A model generated the notes under the pieces. That model had not been told where the DNA came from. It worked only from the letters and a program-made list of their open reading frames with translations, and made no database searches. Positions 8,602 to 19,138 of a DNA stretch of 64,000 bases are shown here, piece after piece (the first letter of the stretch is position 1; each line of letters begins with the position of its first letter). The position numbers and the translations under genes are program-made. The DNA comes from an uncultured bacterium (GTDB lineage Bacteria; Patescibacteriota; Minisyncoccia; Phycocordibacterales; UBA6065): assembly GCA_963841935.1 (NCBI GenBank), contig CAWJEP010000005.1, forward strand, positions 69,845 to 133,844, written 5' to 3'.

Positions 8602-11295
8602 ATGCCTCCATTTGGACACTTCACGACAAAAGCAAAAGAAGCCATCCGCCGCGCGCACGAAGTAGCCGTCGAGCGCGGCCAATCCCACGTCTCGCCTTTG
8701 CATTTACTCTCGGCGCTTTTGCTTCAGGAAGAAAGCATCGTAATGTCCATTCTCGACCGGCTCGAAGTGGACACGATGCTTCTCACGGATTCCATTTTGG
8801 AATCTCTCGAAGGCACGCCGTCGGCTTCGACGATTTCTCCGTCGTATCAGCTCTACCTGACGCCCGACCTCGCGCAGACGCTCGAACATTCGGCAAAAGT
8901 CGCCTCGTCCCTCAAAGACGAATTTATTTCGACGGAACACTTGCTCATATCGCTTCTTGAGATTCCGAGCGCGGCGCGCGACATTCTCGCGCGTTTCAAA
9001 ATAGACCGTGGCGCCGTCGTGCGCGTTCTTTCGGAAATCCGCTCGCAGAAAAATACCGGTCAAACGGAGACCAAGAAATATAAATATCTTTCAAAATACA
9101 CCAAGAGTTTGACTAAAATGGCGCACGACAACAAACTCGACCCCGTCATCGGCCGTGACCTTGAAATCAGCCGCATCATCCAGATTCTTTCGCGCCGGAC
9201 GAAAAACAATCCGATTCTCATCGGCGAAGCGGGCGTCGGCAAGACCGCGATAGTGGAGGGCTTGGCTTTGCGCATGGCCTCAGGCGACGTTCCGGAATCT
9301 CTCAAAGACAAAGAGCTCATAATGCTTGACCTCGGACTTCTCATCGCCGGCACGAAATACCGCGGAGAATTTGAAGAGCGTCTCAAAAACATAATGAAAG
9401 AAATCGAGCGCGCCGAAGGCCAAATTATTCTTTTCATAGATGAAATCCACACCATCGTCGGCGCGGGCGCCGCCGAGGGCTCGCTCGACGCATCGAATAT
9501 GCTCAAGCCGGCGCTCGCTCGCGGCGAGCTTCGCGCCATCGGAGCGACGACAATAAAGGAGTATCAAAAACACATAGAAAAAGACCCGGCGCTCACTCGC
9601 CGCTTTCAGCCGGTTTTCGTCGCCGAGCCGTCCATTGAAGACGCTATTGCCATTCTCCGCGGTCTCAAGGAAAAATATGAGCTTTATCACGGCGTCCGCA
9701 TCACGGACGACGCAATCCTCGCCGCCGTAAATCTTTCCAGCCGCTACATCACCGACAGATTTTTGCCCGACAAGACTGTTGACCTCATTGACGAAGCGGC
9801 GAGCGCGCTAAAAATCTCCCTCGAATCAAAGCCGCCGATACTCGAAGAGACTCACAGGAAAATAATGCGTCTTGAGATAGAGCGCGAGGCATTGAAAAAA
9901 GAAGCCGAGACGGATGCGGGCAAGACCGCTAAGGCGCGCATCAAAGAAATCGAAAAAGAAATCGCCGAACACAAGGAAAAGACGAGCGAGCTAGAACTCA
10001 AATGGAAAAACGAAAAAGAACTTTTAGTGGATATCAAAGGCATAAAGAAAGAGCTTGAAAGTTTGCGCAGGGAAGCCGAGCAAGCCGAAATCCGCGCCGA
10101 TTTGTCCAAAGCCGCCGAGATTCGCTACGGCAAGATTCCCGCGCTCGAAAAAGATTTGGAAACCAAAGCCAAAAGAATGAAACGCCTTCAAACTTCGCGT
10201 CGCATTTTGAAAGAAGAAATCACGGAAGAAGACATCGCGACCGTGGTGTCTCGTTGGACGGGCGTGCCGGTATCGAGAATGCTCGAAGAGGAAGCGGCCA
10301 AGCTCGTCAGAATGGAAGCGGAATTAAACAAACGCGTCATCGGTCAGGACGACGCGGTAAAGAAAATCGCCGACACCGTCCGCAGGGCTCGCGCCGGCAT
10401 CGCCGACCCCAATCGTCCTATCGGCTCTTTTCTTTTTCTCGGTCCGACCGGTGTCGGCAAGACGGAACTGACCAAGGCGCTGGCCGAGTTTATGTTCGAC
10501 GACGACAAAGCGCTCATTCGCGTCGATATGTCGGAATTTATGGAACGCCACAGCGTGAGCAAACTCATCGGCGCGCCACCGGGATATGTCGGTCACGAAG
10601 AAGGCGGCTCACTCACCGAGACCGTGCGTCATCGCCCTTACGCCGTGATTCTTTTCGACGAAATAGAGAAAGCCCATCCGGAAGTTTTCAACATCTTGCT
10701 TCAAGTTCTAGACAATGGCCGTCTTACCGACGCCAAAGGCCGCGTTGTTAATTTCAAAAACACCATTATCGTTTTGACTTCAAACATCGGCGCGCAATAC
10801 ATAGACAAGATGCAGTCCATCGGATTTGCCGCGCAGTCCGGTGAGAAAGCCAAATACGAAGACGTCAAGGCCAAAGTCACGGAGTCTTTGCGCGATTATT
10901 TCCGACCGGAATTTCTAAACCGTCTCGACCACATCATCATCTTTGACGTGCTCTCGCCTGAAGCCGTGAAAAATATCGTCGCGATGCAAGTCGGACTCGT
11001 CATCAAACGTCTCGCGGAGAAAGGCATCGCTCTAGACCTTACCCCGGAAGTTTACGATTACATCACCAAAGAAGGTTACAATCCGCAATACGGCGCTCGA
11101 CCGCTCAAACGCCTCATTCAAGACAAGATTCTCACGCCGGTCGCCACATTTATGCTTACCCAAGGTCTCAACCGCGGCGGCACCATTTCCGTCTCGATGA
11201 AAGGCAATGAATTTGTTTTCGACAACAAAAAGGGAAAGAAATCTCCGATAAAAACTCACGCCGTCAAAAAGGAAGAAGAGAAAGTAGAAAAGTAG
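8602..11295 (+). CDS. clpB: Clp/Hsp100 ATPase, ClpB-type with long middle domain
   Basis: Clp N repeats, two Walker A ([16 protein letters not shown]), long coiled coil with [15 protein letters not shown]. Confidence 0.9.
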   Translation: MPPFGHFTTKAKEAIRRAHEVAVERGQSHVSPLHLLSALLLQEESIVMSILDRLEVDTMLLTDSILESLEGTPSASTISPSYQLYLTPDLAQTLEHSAKVASSLKDEFISTEHLLISLLEIPSAARDILARFKIDRGAVVRVLSEIRSQKNTGQTETKKYKYLSKYTKSLTKMAHDNKLDPVIGRDLEISRIIQILSRRTKNNPILIGEAGVGKTAIVEGLALRMASGDVPESLKDKELIMLDLGLLIAGTKYRGEFEERLKNIMKEIERAEGQIILFIDEIHTIVGAGAAEGSLDASNMLKPALARGELRAIGATTIKEYQKHIEKDPALTRRFQPVFVAEPSIEDAIAILRGLKEKYELYHGVRITDDAILAAVNLSSRYITDRFLPDKTVDLIDEAASALKISLESKPPILEETHRKIMRLEIEREALKKEAETDAGKTAKARIKEIEKEIAEHKEKTSELELKWKNEKELLVDIKGIKKELESLRREAEQAEIRADLSKAAEIRYGKIPALEKDLETKAKRMKRLQTSRRILKEEITEEDIATVVSRWTGVPVSRMLEEEAAKLVRMEAELNKRVIGQDDAVKKIADTVRRARAGIADPNRPIGSFLFLGPTGVGKTELTKALAEFMFDDDKALIRVDMSEFMERHSVSKLIGAPPGYVGHEEGGSLTETVRHRPYAVILFDEIEKAHPEVFNILLQVLDNGRLTDAKGRVVNFKNTIIVLTSNIGAQYIDKMQSIGFAAQSGEKAKYEDVKAKVTESLRDYFRPEFLNRLDHIIIFDVLSPEAVKNIVAMQVGLVIKRLAEKGIALDLTPEVYDYITKEGYNPQYGARPLKRLIQDKILTPVATFMLTQGLNRGGTISVSMKGNEFVFDNKKGKKSPIKTHAVKKEEEKVEK

Positions 11296-11321
11296 CTCGT
11301 AATCTGCTAGATTAAAGTTCT

Positions 11322-11405
11322 GCGCAAGTGGCAGAGTGGTCAATTGCAGGTGACTGTAAATCACCCGACTATACGTCTACGGGGGTTCGAATCCCTCCTT
11401 GCGCA
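11322..11405 (+). tRNA. tRNA-Tyr(GTA)
   Basis: GCGCAAG stem, loop CTGTAAA, variable arm, GGTTCGAATCC. Confidence 0.95.
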
Positions 11406-11409
11406 CAAA

Positions 11410-12603
11410 ATGTCCAAGACGAAAAATCTCCGCACGTGGGTGGAAATAGACAGGGGAGCCGTGGCGAGAAATATCGCGCGGCTGAAAAGTTTTCTCGCGC
11501 CGAAAACCAAATTTATGGCGGTGGTGAAAAGCAACGCTTACGGCCACGGCATGATTCAATACGCGAGAGAGGCGAAAAAATCCAAGGTGGATTTTTTCGC
11601 CGTGGACTCATTTGAAGAAGCCATAGAACTTCGCGACGCGAGAATCAAAGAACCAATTTTAATCTTAGGATTCGTCTTTCCGGCTAATTTTGCGCAGTGC
11701 GCCGCGAAAAATATTTCCGTCACGATTTCAAGTTTGGAGTCACTGAAAGCGGCCGCGCGGCAGGGCGCCGTTTTTGAGCGCGTAAGTCGGAGCGAAGCGC
11801 ACAAGCGAAAAAATGGCGCCCTGCCGCGCGAGAGCTCAGCTCTCAAAATCCACATCAAAGTAGACACGGGACTTCATCGCCAAGGTTTCCAAGCGGGCGA
11901 TGTCGAAAAAGTTTTCCGTGAAATAAAAAAAGCAGGAAATAAAATAGCAATCGAAGGTCTTTACACTCATTTCGCGGCGATGGAAACGCCGAAATACGAA
12001 AGTTATTCGCGAATGCAGATTCGCGAGCTCCAAAAATGGAAGAATGTTTTCTCAATGGTCGGCATTCACCCAATCATTCACTCATCGGCGACCTCGGGAA
12101 TATTTTTCAGTCGTGAATTTCATTTCGATATGGTACGCGCCGGCATTTCGCTTTACGGACTCTGGCCGTCGAATGAAATTAAAGAAGTGGCGCCGCAAAC
12201 GAAGCTTTTCCCGCTTCTCACTTGGAAAGCCATAATTTCCGAAGTGAAAAAAATCAAATCCGGCGAACGCGTCGGCTACGATCTCACGGAAAAATTGAAA
12301 AGAGATTCCATCCTTGCTGTCGTGCCCATAGGATATTGGCACGGCATCCGTCGCTCGCTTTCGGGCAAAGGCGAGTTTCTCGTCCGCGGCAAGCGAGCGA
12401 AAATCATCGGCCGAGTATCGATGGATATGCTTGTCATTGATGTCACGGACATCGCTGGCGTAAAGCAGAGCGATGAAGTAGTCATTATCGGCGCGCAAGG
12501 CAAAGAGCGGGTAAGCGCGGAAGAAATAGCGGACAAGACCGGCACGATAAATTACGAAGTCGTGACGCAAATCAACGCGGCAATCCCGAGAATTTACAAA
12601 TAG
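11410..12603 (+). CDS. alr: Alanine racemase
   Basis: AVVKSNAYGHG, HIKVDTGLHRQG, IIGRVSMDM, GTINYE. Confidence 0.96.
   Translation: MSKTKNLRTWVEIDRGAVARNIARLKSFLAPKTKFMAVVKSNAYGHGMIQYAREAKKSKVDFFAVDSFEEAIELRDARIKEPILILGFVFPANFAQCAAKNISVTISSLESLKAAARQGAVFERVSRSEAHKRKNGALPRESSALKIHIKVDTGLHRQGFQAGDVEKVFREIKKAGNKIAIEGLYTHFAAMETPKYESYSRMQIRELQKWKNVFSMVGIHPIIHSSATSGIFFSREFHFDMVRAGISLYGLWPSNEIKEVAPQTKLFPLLTWKAIISEVKKIKSGERVGYDLTEKLKRDSILAVVPIGYWHGIRRSLSGKGEFLVRGKRAKIIGRVSMDMLVIDVTDIAGVKQSDEVVIIGAQGKERVSAEEIADKTGTINYEVVTQINAAIPRIYK
11754..11830 (+). repeat. In-frame palindromic element (copy in alr)
   Basis: 22-bp arms cgcgcggcagggcgccgttttt/aaaaatggcgccctgccgcgcg (one G-U) around core gagcgcgtaagtcggagcgaagcgcacaagcga. 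Confidence 0.85.
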
Positions 12604-12669
12604 TTTGTCCCGTGCTAACCTGAAAACTCAACCCGCCTCCGCTAAAGCTATTGCGAGGCAAGCAAAAAT

Positions 12670-12825
12670 ATGTCACAAGACCAACTTATCATTTTGAAAA
12701 ACAAGCAGACCGGCGAGGTCTACATTACGCGCAAAAACAAGCGCAAAGTGGAGCGCAAAATCGAACTCAAGAAATATTCTAAAAAACTTCGCAAACGTGT
12801 CGTTTTTAAAGAATCAAAGAAATAA
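12670..12825 (+). CDS. rpmG: 50S ribosomal protein L33 (no Cys, zinc-independent type); absent from ORF track
   Basis: MSQDQLIILKNKQTGEVYITRKNKRKVERKIELKKYSKKLRKRVVFKESKK. Confidence 0.92.
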   Translation: MSQDQLIILKNKQTGEVYITRKNKRKVERKIELKKYSKKLRKRVVFKESKK

Positions 12826-13729
12826 TTTCGTCTATCTCCGTATCGCATTCGGCATCGTCTGGGCGATCGATTCCGTCATGGCGTGGTCGCCGGCGTTTCT
12901 CAACAATTTTGAAAGTTATCTCACGAACAATATTTCCGGTCAGCCGCCGATTTTGGCGGCTTGGATGAATCTTTGGGTTTGGATCACGAGCGCAAGTCCC
13001 CACGCTTTCGCCGTCGCCGTAGCTCTGATAAGCATGGCGCTAGCGGCGTGTCTCATATTTGGATTTTTCCCGAAGACGACCATGTGGACGGGAATGATTT
13101 TCTCCGCGCTCATATGGACGACGACGGGCTTTGGCGGCCCGTATATGTCGGGAGCGACCGACATCGGCGCGTCGATAATATATGTTTTCGTTTTCGCCGC
13201 TTTGCTTTTCAGTTTGAGAAATAATTCCGCGCCAAGCGAAAAAGTCTCGGCGATTCCCGAAAACAAAAAAGATATTTACATAAAAATACTGATTCTTGCC
13301 GTCATTATTCTTTTTGCCGCTCTCGTCGCGCCGTATCTCGTCGGTAATTCGGAAAATCAAACGGGAAGCTCGATGTCTTCCGATATGATGCAGAAAACGT
13401 TCGACATTCCCGCCGGCACGTCGGTACCGACCGTTTCGTTTACTTTGACCAAAGATTCTCTCGACGGCTACGACCTCCATGTGACGACGACGAATTTCAC
13501 TTTGACTCCGCAGCTTATCAATCAAGCGCCCGTCGCCGACCAAGGCCACATTCACCTATATATTGACGGCACTCTATATGTCGTATTCAGCGATTGGTAC
13601 CACATTCCGTCGACCGAAGTTTTGCCGGGCAGGCACACTATCACGGTTTCGCTCAATGCAAACGACCACTCTGTATTTTGGGCGAACGGACAAAACATAC
13701 AGGATACGCAAACGATAAACACTTATTAA
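12797..13729 (+). CDS. DoxX-like membrane domain fused to His-motif exported domain
   Basis: LRIAFGIVW...GFGGPY.SGATDIG four-TM domain; C-terminal GHIHLYIDG...PGRHTITVSLNANDH; start uncertain (overlaps rpmG). Confidence 0.6.
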   Translation: MSFLKNQRNNFVYLRIAFGIVWAIDSVMAWSPAFLNNFESYLTNNISGQPPILAAWMNLWVWITSASPHAFAVAVALISMALAACLIFGFFPKTTMWTGMIFSALIWTTTGFGGPYMSGATDIGASIIYVFVFAALLFSLRNNSAPSEKVSAIPENKKDIYIKILILAVIILFAALVAPYLVGNSENQTGSSMSSDMMQKTFDIPAGTSVPTVSFTLTKDSLDGYDLHVTTTNFTLTPQLINQAPVADQGHIHLYIDGTLYVVFSDWYHIPSTEVLPGRHTITVSLNANDHSVFWANGQNIQDTQTINTY

Positions 13730-13744
13730 ATAAAAAACCGTCCT

Positions 13745-14047
13745 TTAGGGGACGGTTTCGGTTTGGCGCCGCTTTTTCAATACGAAACTTCTGTAAAAGT
13801 CGGCGGCGAGAAAACCTCCGCCGACGATTATCGCCGCCGCGCCGATGGCCGCGGCGAGGAGTATCGGGCTCTTGTCGCGAAGCCAGAGTGTCGTGACGAG
13901 CGCCGCTAAGAAAAACAAGGAAATGGCGAAGTCAAGAGGCATGGCGAATCCCGAACCCCTCTTCACTTTTTTCCTCAAGAATCCGGCTAGGACCAGAAGC
14001 AGGATGCTTCCGATCGCGGACAGAGTGAGAATGTAGTCTATTTTCAT
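13745..14047 (-). CDS. Small hypothetical membrane protein
   Basis: Three hydrophobic segments; start at MKIDY. Confidence 0.55.
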   Translation of the reverse strand: MKIDYILTLSAIGSILLLVLAGFLRKKVKRGSGFAMPLDFAISLFFLAALVTTLWLRDKSPILLAAAIGAAAIIVGGGFLAADFYRSFVLKKRRQTETVP

Positions 14048-14148
14048 TTTCTTTCGGTTTTTGGCGAACAGGTTTGGAGAACGACAAAGGGCTAGCGGTA
14101 TCTTGATATCAAATTGGAAGGCGAGTGTCAATTTAAAACCGGAAAATA

Positions 14149-14544
14149 TTATTCAGAAGTTTTGCCGTCAAAATGGTCGCTTTCGTCTGCTTCCGCGTCG
14201 GCCTTCGTCTTGTGAATGACTCCGTCTTTGTGATGCGGGGGCATATAGAGAGTGTAAAGTTTCATCGAGCCCTTTTCGTCGTTTACGATATTGTGTTTTG
14301 TTCCAGCCGGCACGATGATGACGCTTCCGTCGGCGATGTTTTGAGAGACACCGTTTAATATCGCCGCGCCGGAACCTTTTTCCACGCGCAGGAATTGGTC
14401 CACATCGTGTATCTCTTCGCCGATTTCTTCTTTCGGCAAAAGAGACATGAGGACGAGCTGGCTGTTTTTGTCGGTGTACAGGACTTTTCTGAAATTGTCG
14501 TTCGCGAGCGAAAGCTTTTCAATGTTTGAAATGTATCCTTTCAT
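14149..14544 (-). CDS. Cupin domain protein
   Basis: FRKVLYT..SQLVLMSL...IGEEIH.VDQF.RVE.G...VPAG.KHN...KLYT.Y.PPHH. Confidence 0.9.
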   Translation of the reverse strand: MKGYISNIEKLSLANDNFRKVLYTDKNSQLVLMSLLPKEEIGEEIHDVDQFLRVEKGSGAAILNGVSQNIADGSVIIVPAGTKHNIVNDEKGSMKLYTLYMPPHHKDGVIHKTKADAEADESDHFDGKTSE

Positions 14545-14574
14545 ACTCGCTATTGTAGCACTTTCACGGATCAT

Positions 14575-14648
14575 TGGCGGGTGATGAGGGAATCGAACCC
14601 CCAATGTTCGTTTTGGAGACGAACGTTATACCATTTAACTAATCACCC
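14575..14648 (-). tRNA. tRNA-Trp(CCA)
   Basis: GGGTGAT stem, loop CTCCAAA, encoded CCA end. Confidence 0.95.
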
Positions 14649-15114
14649 AAGCGGATTTAGATTAGCATTTTTCGAAATATTTTTCTATTTGTCATGACGA
14701 GCTAGAATCATTAGTGATATAATCCTTACTAATATGGGAATGACAATGATACAGCCGCCTCCTGATAAGAAGGAGCGGAAATATAAAGAAGACTCAATAA
14801 GATTAGAAGGTAAATCTTTAGCATACTTTAGTGATATTATTCTTGGATTTATTAATGTTCCATTTTTATACTTATTGTTTTTACGACCGTAACAGTATTC
14901 AAATATCCAAAGACAGTGATGTTGGAGTTGTTACTTTATACATAGCGTTACTCGTTGGTTTATTTTTTCTTATAAGAGAAGAAGTTTATTTTGGTTCTCA
15001 ACACAAAAATAACTAATTATTTCTGTATTCTCATCGGTTTTACATTTTTTAAATGGTCAGTTTGGATGTTTTTGAGATTTAATACTATTTCCGCGCGGAT
15101 GTATAATCACATCC

Positions 15115-16260
15115 ATGGAACCTCTCGCAAACAAAATCAGACCGAAGACGCTCAAGGAATTCGTCGGACAGGAGCATTTGGTAGGACCGAAAGGGCCGCT
15201 AAAGATGGCGATGAAAGACAAGCACCTTTTCTCTTTCATCCTCTGGGGACCGCCGGGAGTGGGCAAGACGACACTCGCGCGAATATACGCGAACGCACTC
15301 AACGCCAAGCTCTACGAACTTTCCGCCGTTTCGGCCGGCAAAGACGATATAAAGAAAATAGTGGACGACCCGACGCTTCTCGACCCGCGACCGAAATTGC
15401 TTTTCCTCGACGAAATCCACCGCTTCAACAAAGCCCAGCAGGATTTCCTTTTGCCTCTCGTCGAGACGGGACGAGTGACGCTTATCGGCGCGACGACGGA
15501 AAATCCGAGCTTTGAAATAATTTCCGCTCTTCTTTCGCGTTGTCGCGTGTTCGTGCTCAACAGTCTGTCGGACAAAGAAATAAGAAAAATAATCGAGCGG
15601 ACGAAAGTGAAGGTGCCCAAAGACGCTCTCGACTGGCTCGTGACTCTAGCCAACGGCGACGCGCGTATCGCCATCACCGCCATCGAAAACACAAAACAAG
15701 TCTACGGCAACATTACGACCGAGACCTTGAAAAGCGCTTTCGAGCACACATTCATCCGTTTCGACAAGAAAGGCGACGAACACTACGACACCATTTCGGC
15801 CTTTATAAAAAGCATGCGAGCCGGAGACGTGGACGCCGCTTTGTATTATCTCGCGCGAATGGTCGCCGGCGGGGAAGACCCGAAATTTATCGCCCGCCGA
15901 ATGGTCATATTCGCGTCCGAAGACATCGGACTTGCTCAGCCGACGGCTCTCGTCGTCGCCAACGCCGTGTTTGCCGCCGTGGATACTATCGGAATGCCCG
16001 AAGCCCAAATCAATCTCGCTCACGGAGCGAGCTATCTCGCTCTCGCGGCAAAAGACAGGAGTTCTTACGACGCCTATTTTGAAGCCTTCGATGACGTAAA
16101 AAAGCTCGGCAATTTACCTATTCCATTAAAAATCCGAAACGCTCCGACGAAACTTATGAAAGAGCTCGGCTATCACAAGGGTTACGAAAAATACGACAAG
16201 GAAAGCTATCTGCCCGACAAAATAAAAGGCAAGAAATATTTGAAGAGGAAAGAGAAATAA
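15115..16260 (+). CDS. rarA: Replication-associated recombination protein A (MgsA)
   Basis: LWGPPGVGKTT, DEIHRFNKAQQD, GATTENPSF, ISAFIKSMR, ASEDIG. Confidence 0.96.
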   Translation: MEPLANKIRPKTLKEFVGQEHLVGPKGPLKMAMKDKHLFSFILWGPPGVGKTTLARIYANALNAKLYELSAVSAGKDDIKKIVDDPTLLDPRPKLLFLDEIHRFNKAQQDFLLPLVETGRVTLIGATTENPSFEIISALLSRCRVFVLNSLSDKEIRKIIERTKVKVPKDALDWLVTLANGDARIAITAIENTKQVYGNITTETLKSAFEHTFIRFDKKGDEHYDTISAFIKSMRAGDVDAALYYLARMVAGGEDPKFIARRMVIFASEDIGLAQPTALVVANAVFAAVDTIGMPEAQINLAHGASYLALAAKDRSSYDAYFEAFDDVKKLGNLPIPLKIRNAPTKLMKELGYHKGYEKYDKESYLPDKIKGKKYLKRKEK

Positions 16261-16287
16261 AAAACAGCCGACCTATGTCGGACTGTG

Positions 16288-16512
16288 TCAGGCTTTCGCC
16301 TTTGCTGCGGCCTTGACGTCCCTGGCGGAAATTTTCGCCGCCAGTTTGTCGCTTTCTCTCTCGAGACTCGCCATTTCGTCGTCTATGCGCTTACGCTCGT
16401 TTGACCTGAGGAAATCGTGGTCCCTGCGCCACTTGAGTGCATCCTTCCTGTCGACGACTTTCCTAAGCTTTTCTTCAAGAGATTCGCTCTTGAAAAGATG
16501 CAGAATATTCAT
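16288..16512 (-). CDS. Small coiled-coil hypothetical protein
   Basis: 74 aa charged helical ORF with AAGGAG RBS. Confidence 0.55.
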   Translation of the reverse strand: MNILHLFKSESLEEKLRKVVDRKDALKWRRDHDFLRSNERKRIDDEMASLERESDKLAAKISARDVKAAAKAKA

Positions 16513-16548
16513 GTTTTGTACTCCTTGTTTTTCACACTATTCCTGTCG

Positions 16549-17454
16549 CTATTTTTTGTCAATGAAAGCGTGGACAAGTTTTTCTATTTTCGATTTCTCG
16601 GTCGGGGCGAACCATTTCGTATTTTTATCACGGCGAAACCATGTCATCTGTCTCTTTGCGTAGCGATAAATTTCTTTTTCAAGCTCGTAAAGCATTTTCT
16701 CTTTCGAGATTTTGTTTTGCAAATACAAAGCGACATATCTGTACTCGAGGCCGAAATCGTAAAGTCGGCGATAACAGACGCCTTTCTTGTGCAGTTCGCG
16801 GACTTCTTTGACCAAAGCGTCAGAGCGCATTCTTTTGAGCAATCGCGCGTGGATTTTCTCCCTTATTTCTTTGCTCGGCAAAGTGAGGCCTATCGTAAGA
16901 ATCTCGTAATGATTTTTTGTTTTTCGTTTCGGCACTTTACCGAGCGCTTTGGCGATTTCTATGGCTCGGATAATTCGGATTTTGTTTTTCGGGTCGATAT
17001 TTTTGCCGCGTTCAGGGTCGAGAAGCCGAAGTTTTGCTAGCAAAACTTCGGCGGGGAGTTTCTTCAGTTTCGCTCGGAGCTTTTCATTTGGAGGAACATC
17101 GGGCAAGTTGTTATGGAGAAAGTTTTCAATATAAAATCCCGTGCCGCCGCAAATTATGGGAAGTTTGTTGCGGGAGAAAATAGCGGAGGCCGCGGATTTC
17201 GCGTCCGCCGCGAAATCCGCGGCCGTGTATCTTTTCTTTTTTGGGTCGGCGATATCGAGAAGGTAATGCCTGACACCCTTCATTTCTCGGCGAGTTATTT
17301 TCCCGGAACCAATATCAAGTCCGCGATAAACTTGCCGCGAATCAGCGGAAATTATCTCGCCGTTAAACTTTCTGGCCAAAGCCACCGCCAAATCGCTTTT
17401 CCCCGTGGCCGTTTGCCCGACCACGGCTACGATTTTCTGAAATTTCTTACTCAT
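16549..17454 (-). CDS. miaA: tRNA dimethylallyltransferase
   Basis: VGQTATGKS, SADSRQVYRGLDIGSGK, GGTGFY, YAKRQMTWFR. Confidence 0.96.
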   Translation of the reverse strand: MSKKFQKIVAVVGQTATGKSDLAVALARKFNGEIISADSRQVYRGLDIGSGKITRREMKGVRHYLLDIADPKKKRYTAADFAADAKSAASAIFSRNKLPIICGGTGFYIENFLHNNLPDVPPNEKLRAKLKKLPAEVLLAKLRLLDPERGKNIDPKNKIRIIRAIEIAKALGKVPKRKTKNHYEILTIGLTLPSKEIREKIHARLLKRMRSDALVKEVRELHKKGVCYRRLYDFGLEYRYVALYLQNKISKEKMLYELEKEIYRYAKRQMTWFRRDKNTKWFAPTEKSKIEKLVHAFIDKK

Positions 17455-17998
17455 ATCTCGGCGAATTTTCTTTGATGCCGGATTTATGATTTGCCAGACG
17501 GGCCAGAGCGTAAAGAAGGGAAGAGAGACGGTTCAGATACGAAGCCGTGTCTTTACCGATTTTTACCATATTTTCGTCACGAACAAAGACCACTCTGCGC
17601 TCTGCTCTTCTAGCGATCGTTCGCGCCGCGTCGAAAAGCGCGGCGAGTTCCGTGCCCCCGGAAATCAAAAATGTTTTTATCGGCGGCAATTCTTTTTCCG
17701 CCGTGTCCACCAGAGCTTCGATTTCTTTTATTTTCTCCGCCGAAATCGTTTTCTTTGCGCCGGCGACTTCGGCTTGGACAATGAAAAGATTTCCCTGAAC
17801 GGTTTCCACTATGTCCGAAAACTTTTTTCCGCGAAGTTTAAATTTCGTTTTGCGCGAACTTACCTTGCACAAGCCGAGAAAAGAATTCGTTTCGTCGAGA
17901 GCGCCGAGAGCTTCCGCCACGGCCGAACTTTTCGAAATTCTTTGGTCGCAGCCGAAAGTTTTCGTTTTGCCGTCGTCTCCTTTTCTTGTGTAAAGCAT
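17447..17998 (-). CDS. PduO-type cob(I)alamin adenosyltransferase
   Basis: YTRKGDDGKT, GALDETNS.LG, ARTIARRAER, YLNRLS. Confidence 0.9.
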   Translation of the reverse strand: MLYTRKGDDGKTKTFGCDQRISKSSAVAEALGALDETNSFLGLCKVSSRKTKFKLRGKKFSDIVETVQGNLFIVQAEVAGAKKTISAEKIKEIEALVDTAEKELPPIKTFLISGGTELAALFDAARTIARRAERRVVFVRDENMVKIGKDTASYLNRLSSLLYALARLANHKSGIKENSPRYE

Positions 17999-18012
17999 GT
18001 TATTTGGAATTG

Positions 18013-18093
18013 TGCCGGAGGAGGGACTTGAACCCTCACCTCTTTCGAGACACGATTTTGAGTCGTGCGTGTCTGCCATTCCACCACTCCGGC
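18013..18093 (-). tRNA. tRNA-Leu(CAA)
   Basis: GCCGGAG stem, loop CTCAAAA, long variable arm. Confidence 0.95.
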
Positions 18094-18113
18094 ATTGCTT
18101 CAGTCTAGCCGTC

Positions 18114-19103
18114 TTACTCCGAAAATTCAATCGGCGGCCCGACGACGACTGGTCCTTGATGCGAAGCGTTCGAAACCGTATACAAGAGGACTTTGTCCAA
18201 ATAAACGGCGCCGTCGACTTTTTCAAAATCGAGTTCCGCGACGTTTCCGGTCATCACGTCTTGCGAAAAATACTGGTCGAAGAGCAAATTGCCGAGCGAG
18301 TAAATGACGGGCACATTGCCGATCCATTCTTTATCGCCAAGGACGTGCGGATGGGCGCCGACTATCGCCGTCGCTCCGGCGTCTACGAATTCTCGGGCCT
18401 CGGCTTTAACTCTTGCCGGCGTGTTTGTCGCGTATTCGTCGCCCCAGTGTGCCATGACGACCACCGGATAACCTTCACTCGAAAGTCTTTTTACGTCGGC
18501 GAGAATGTGGTCTTGACCGGGATTAAATTCGTGATAGCCGACGAAAGCCACGCAAATTGAATTTTTGCAGATAATTTGTTCCGTTCCGCCGGTGTTTAGC
18601 GGGTCGCCAAACCATTCGACTCCGGCGTCGGAGAGCCACTCGTGCGTTTGCGCAAGTCCGTCCGCTCCGAAATTATACGTGTGATTGTTTGCCAAGCTCA
18701 CGAGTGAAATGCCGGCGGCGGCGAGGGCTTCCGGCGTATTTGTGGCGAAAGTGAAAGTCAAATCATCGTCAGTCTCGCCGTTCGATAGGAGAGTTTTTGA
18801 AGGATAGTCGGTGACCGGGCCTTCAAGATTGACGACGCTCTCGTCCGCGGATTTGAAAAGCGGTGCGATACCTTGGAAGAGATAATCATAACCGTAAAGG
18901 TTACCGAGCGCACGGTTGTGTCTGTCGAGCATCACGTCGCCGCCGATAACGACTTTAAATTCTTCCGTCGCCGGGAGAGACGGCGGCGGTTTTACCGGCA
19001 CGAGGGGTTGGGAGTCATGAATCGGAGAGGATTGCCGGATGAAGATTATTGACCCGAAGATGACAACGAACGCGAAGAGTGCGGCCAGAGAAATTTTTAT
19101 CAT
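18114..19103 (-). CDS. CapA-family metallophosphoesterase
   Basis: GDVMLDR, VNLEGP, LANNHTYNFG, HWGDEY, GAHPHV, YSLGN. Confidence 0.9.
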   Translation of the reverse strand: MIKISLAALFAFVVIFGSIIFIRQSSPIHDSQPLVPVKPPPSLPATEEFKVVIGGDVMLDRHNRALGNLYGYDYLFQGIAPLFKSADESVVNLEGPVTDYPSKTLLSNGETDDDLTFTFATNTPEALAAAGISLVSLANNHTYNFGADGLAQTHEWLSDAGVEWFGDPLNTGGTEQIICKNSICVAFVGYHEFNPGQDHILADVKRLSSEGYPVVVMAHWGDEYATNTPARVKAEAREFVDAGATAIVGAHPHVLGDKEWIGNVPVIYSLGNLLFDQYFSQDVMTGNVAELDFEKVDGAVYLDKVLLYTVSNASHQGPVVVGPPIEFSE

Positions 19104-19138
19104 ATGACAATTATATACTTTTGATTTAAAATCATTGT

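Noticed and set aside
11344-11409. ORF-track N-terminal extensions overlapping tRNAs (alr; also cupin and the PduO-type gene)
   Set aside because: Extensions run through tRNA genes; downstream ATGs match family starts.
14734-15075. AT-rich hydrophobic ORF fragments upstream of rarA
   Set aside because: Possibly one frameshifted membrane gene, but it cannot be reconstructed or identified reliably.
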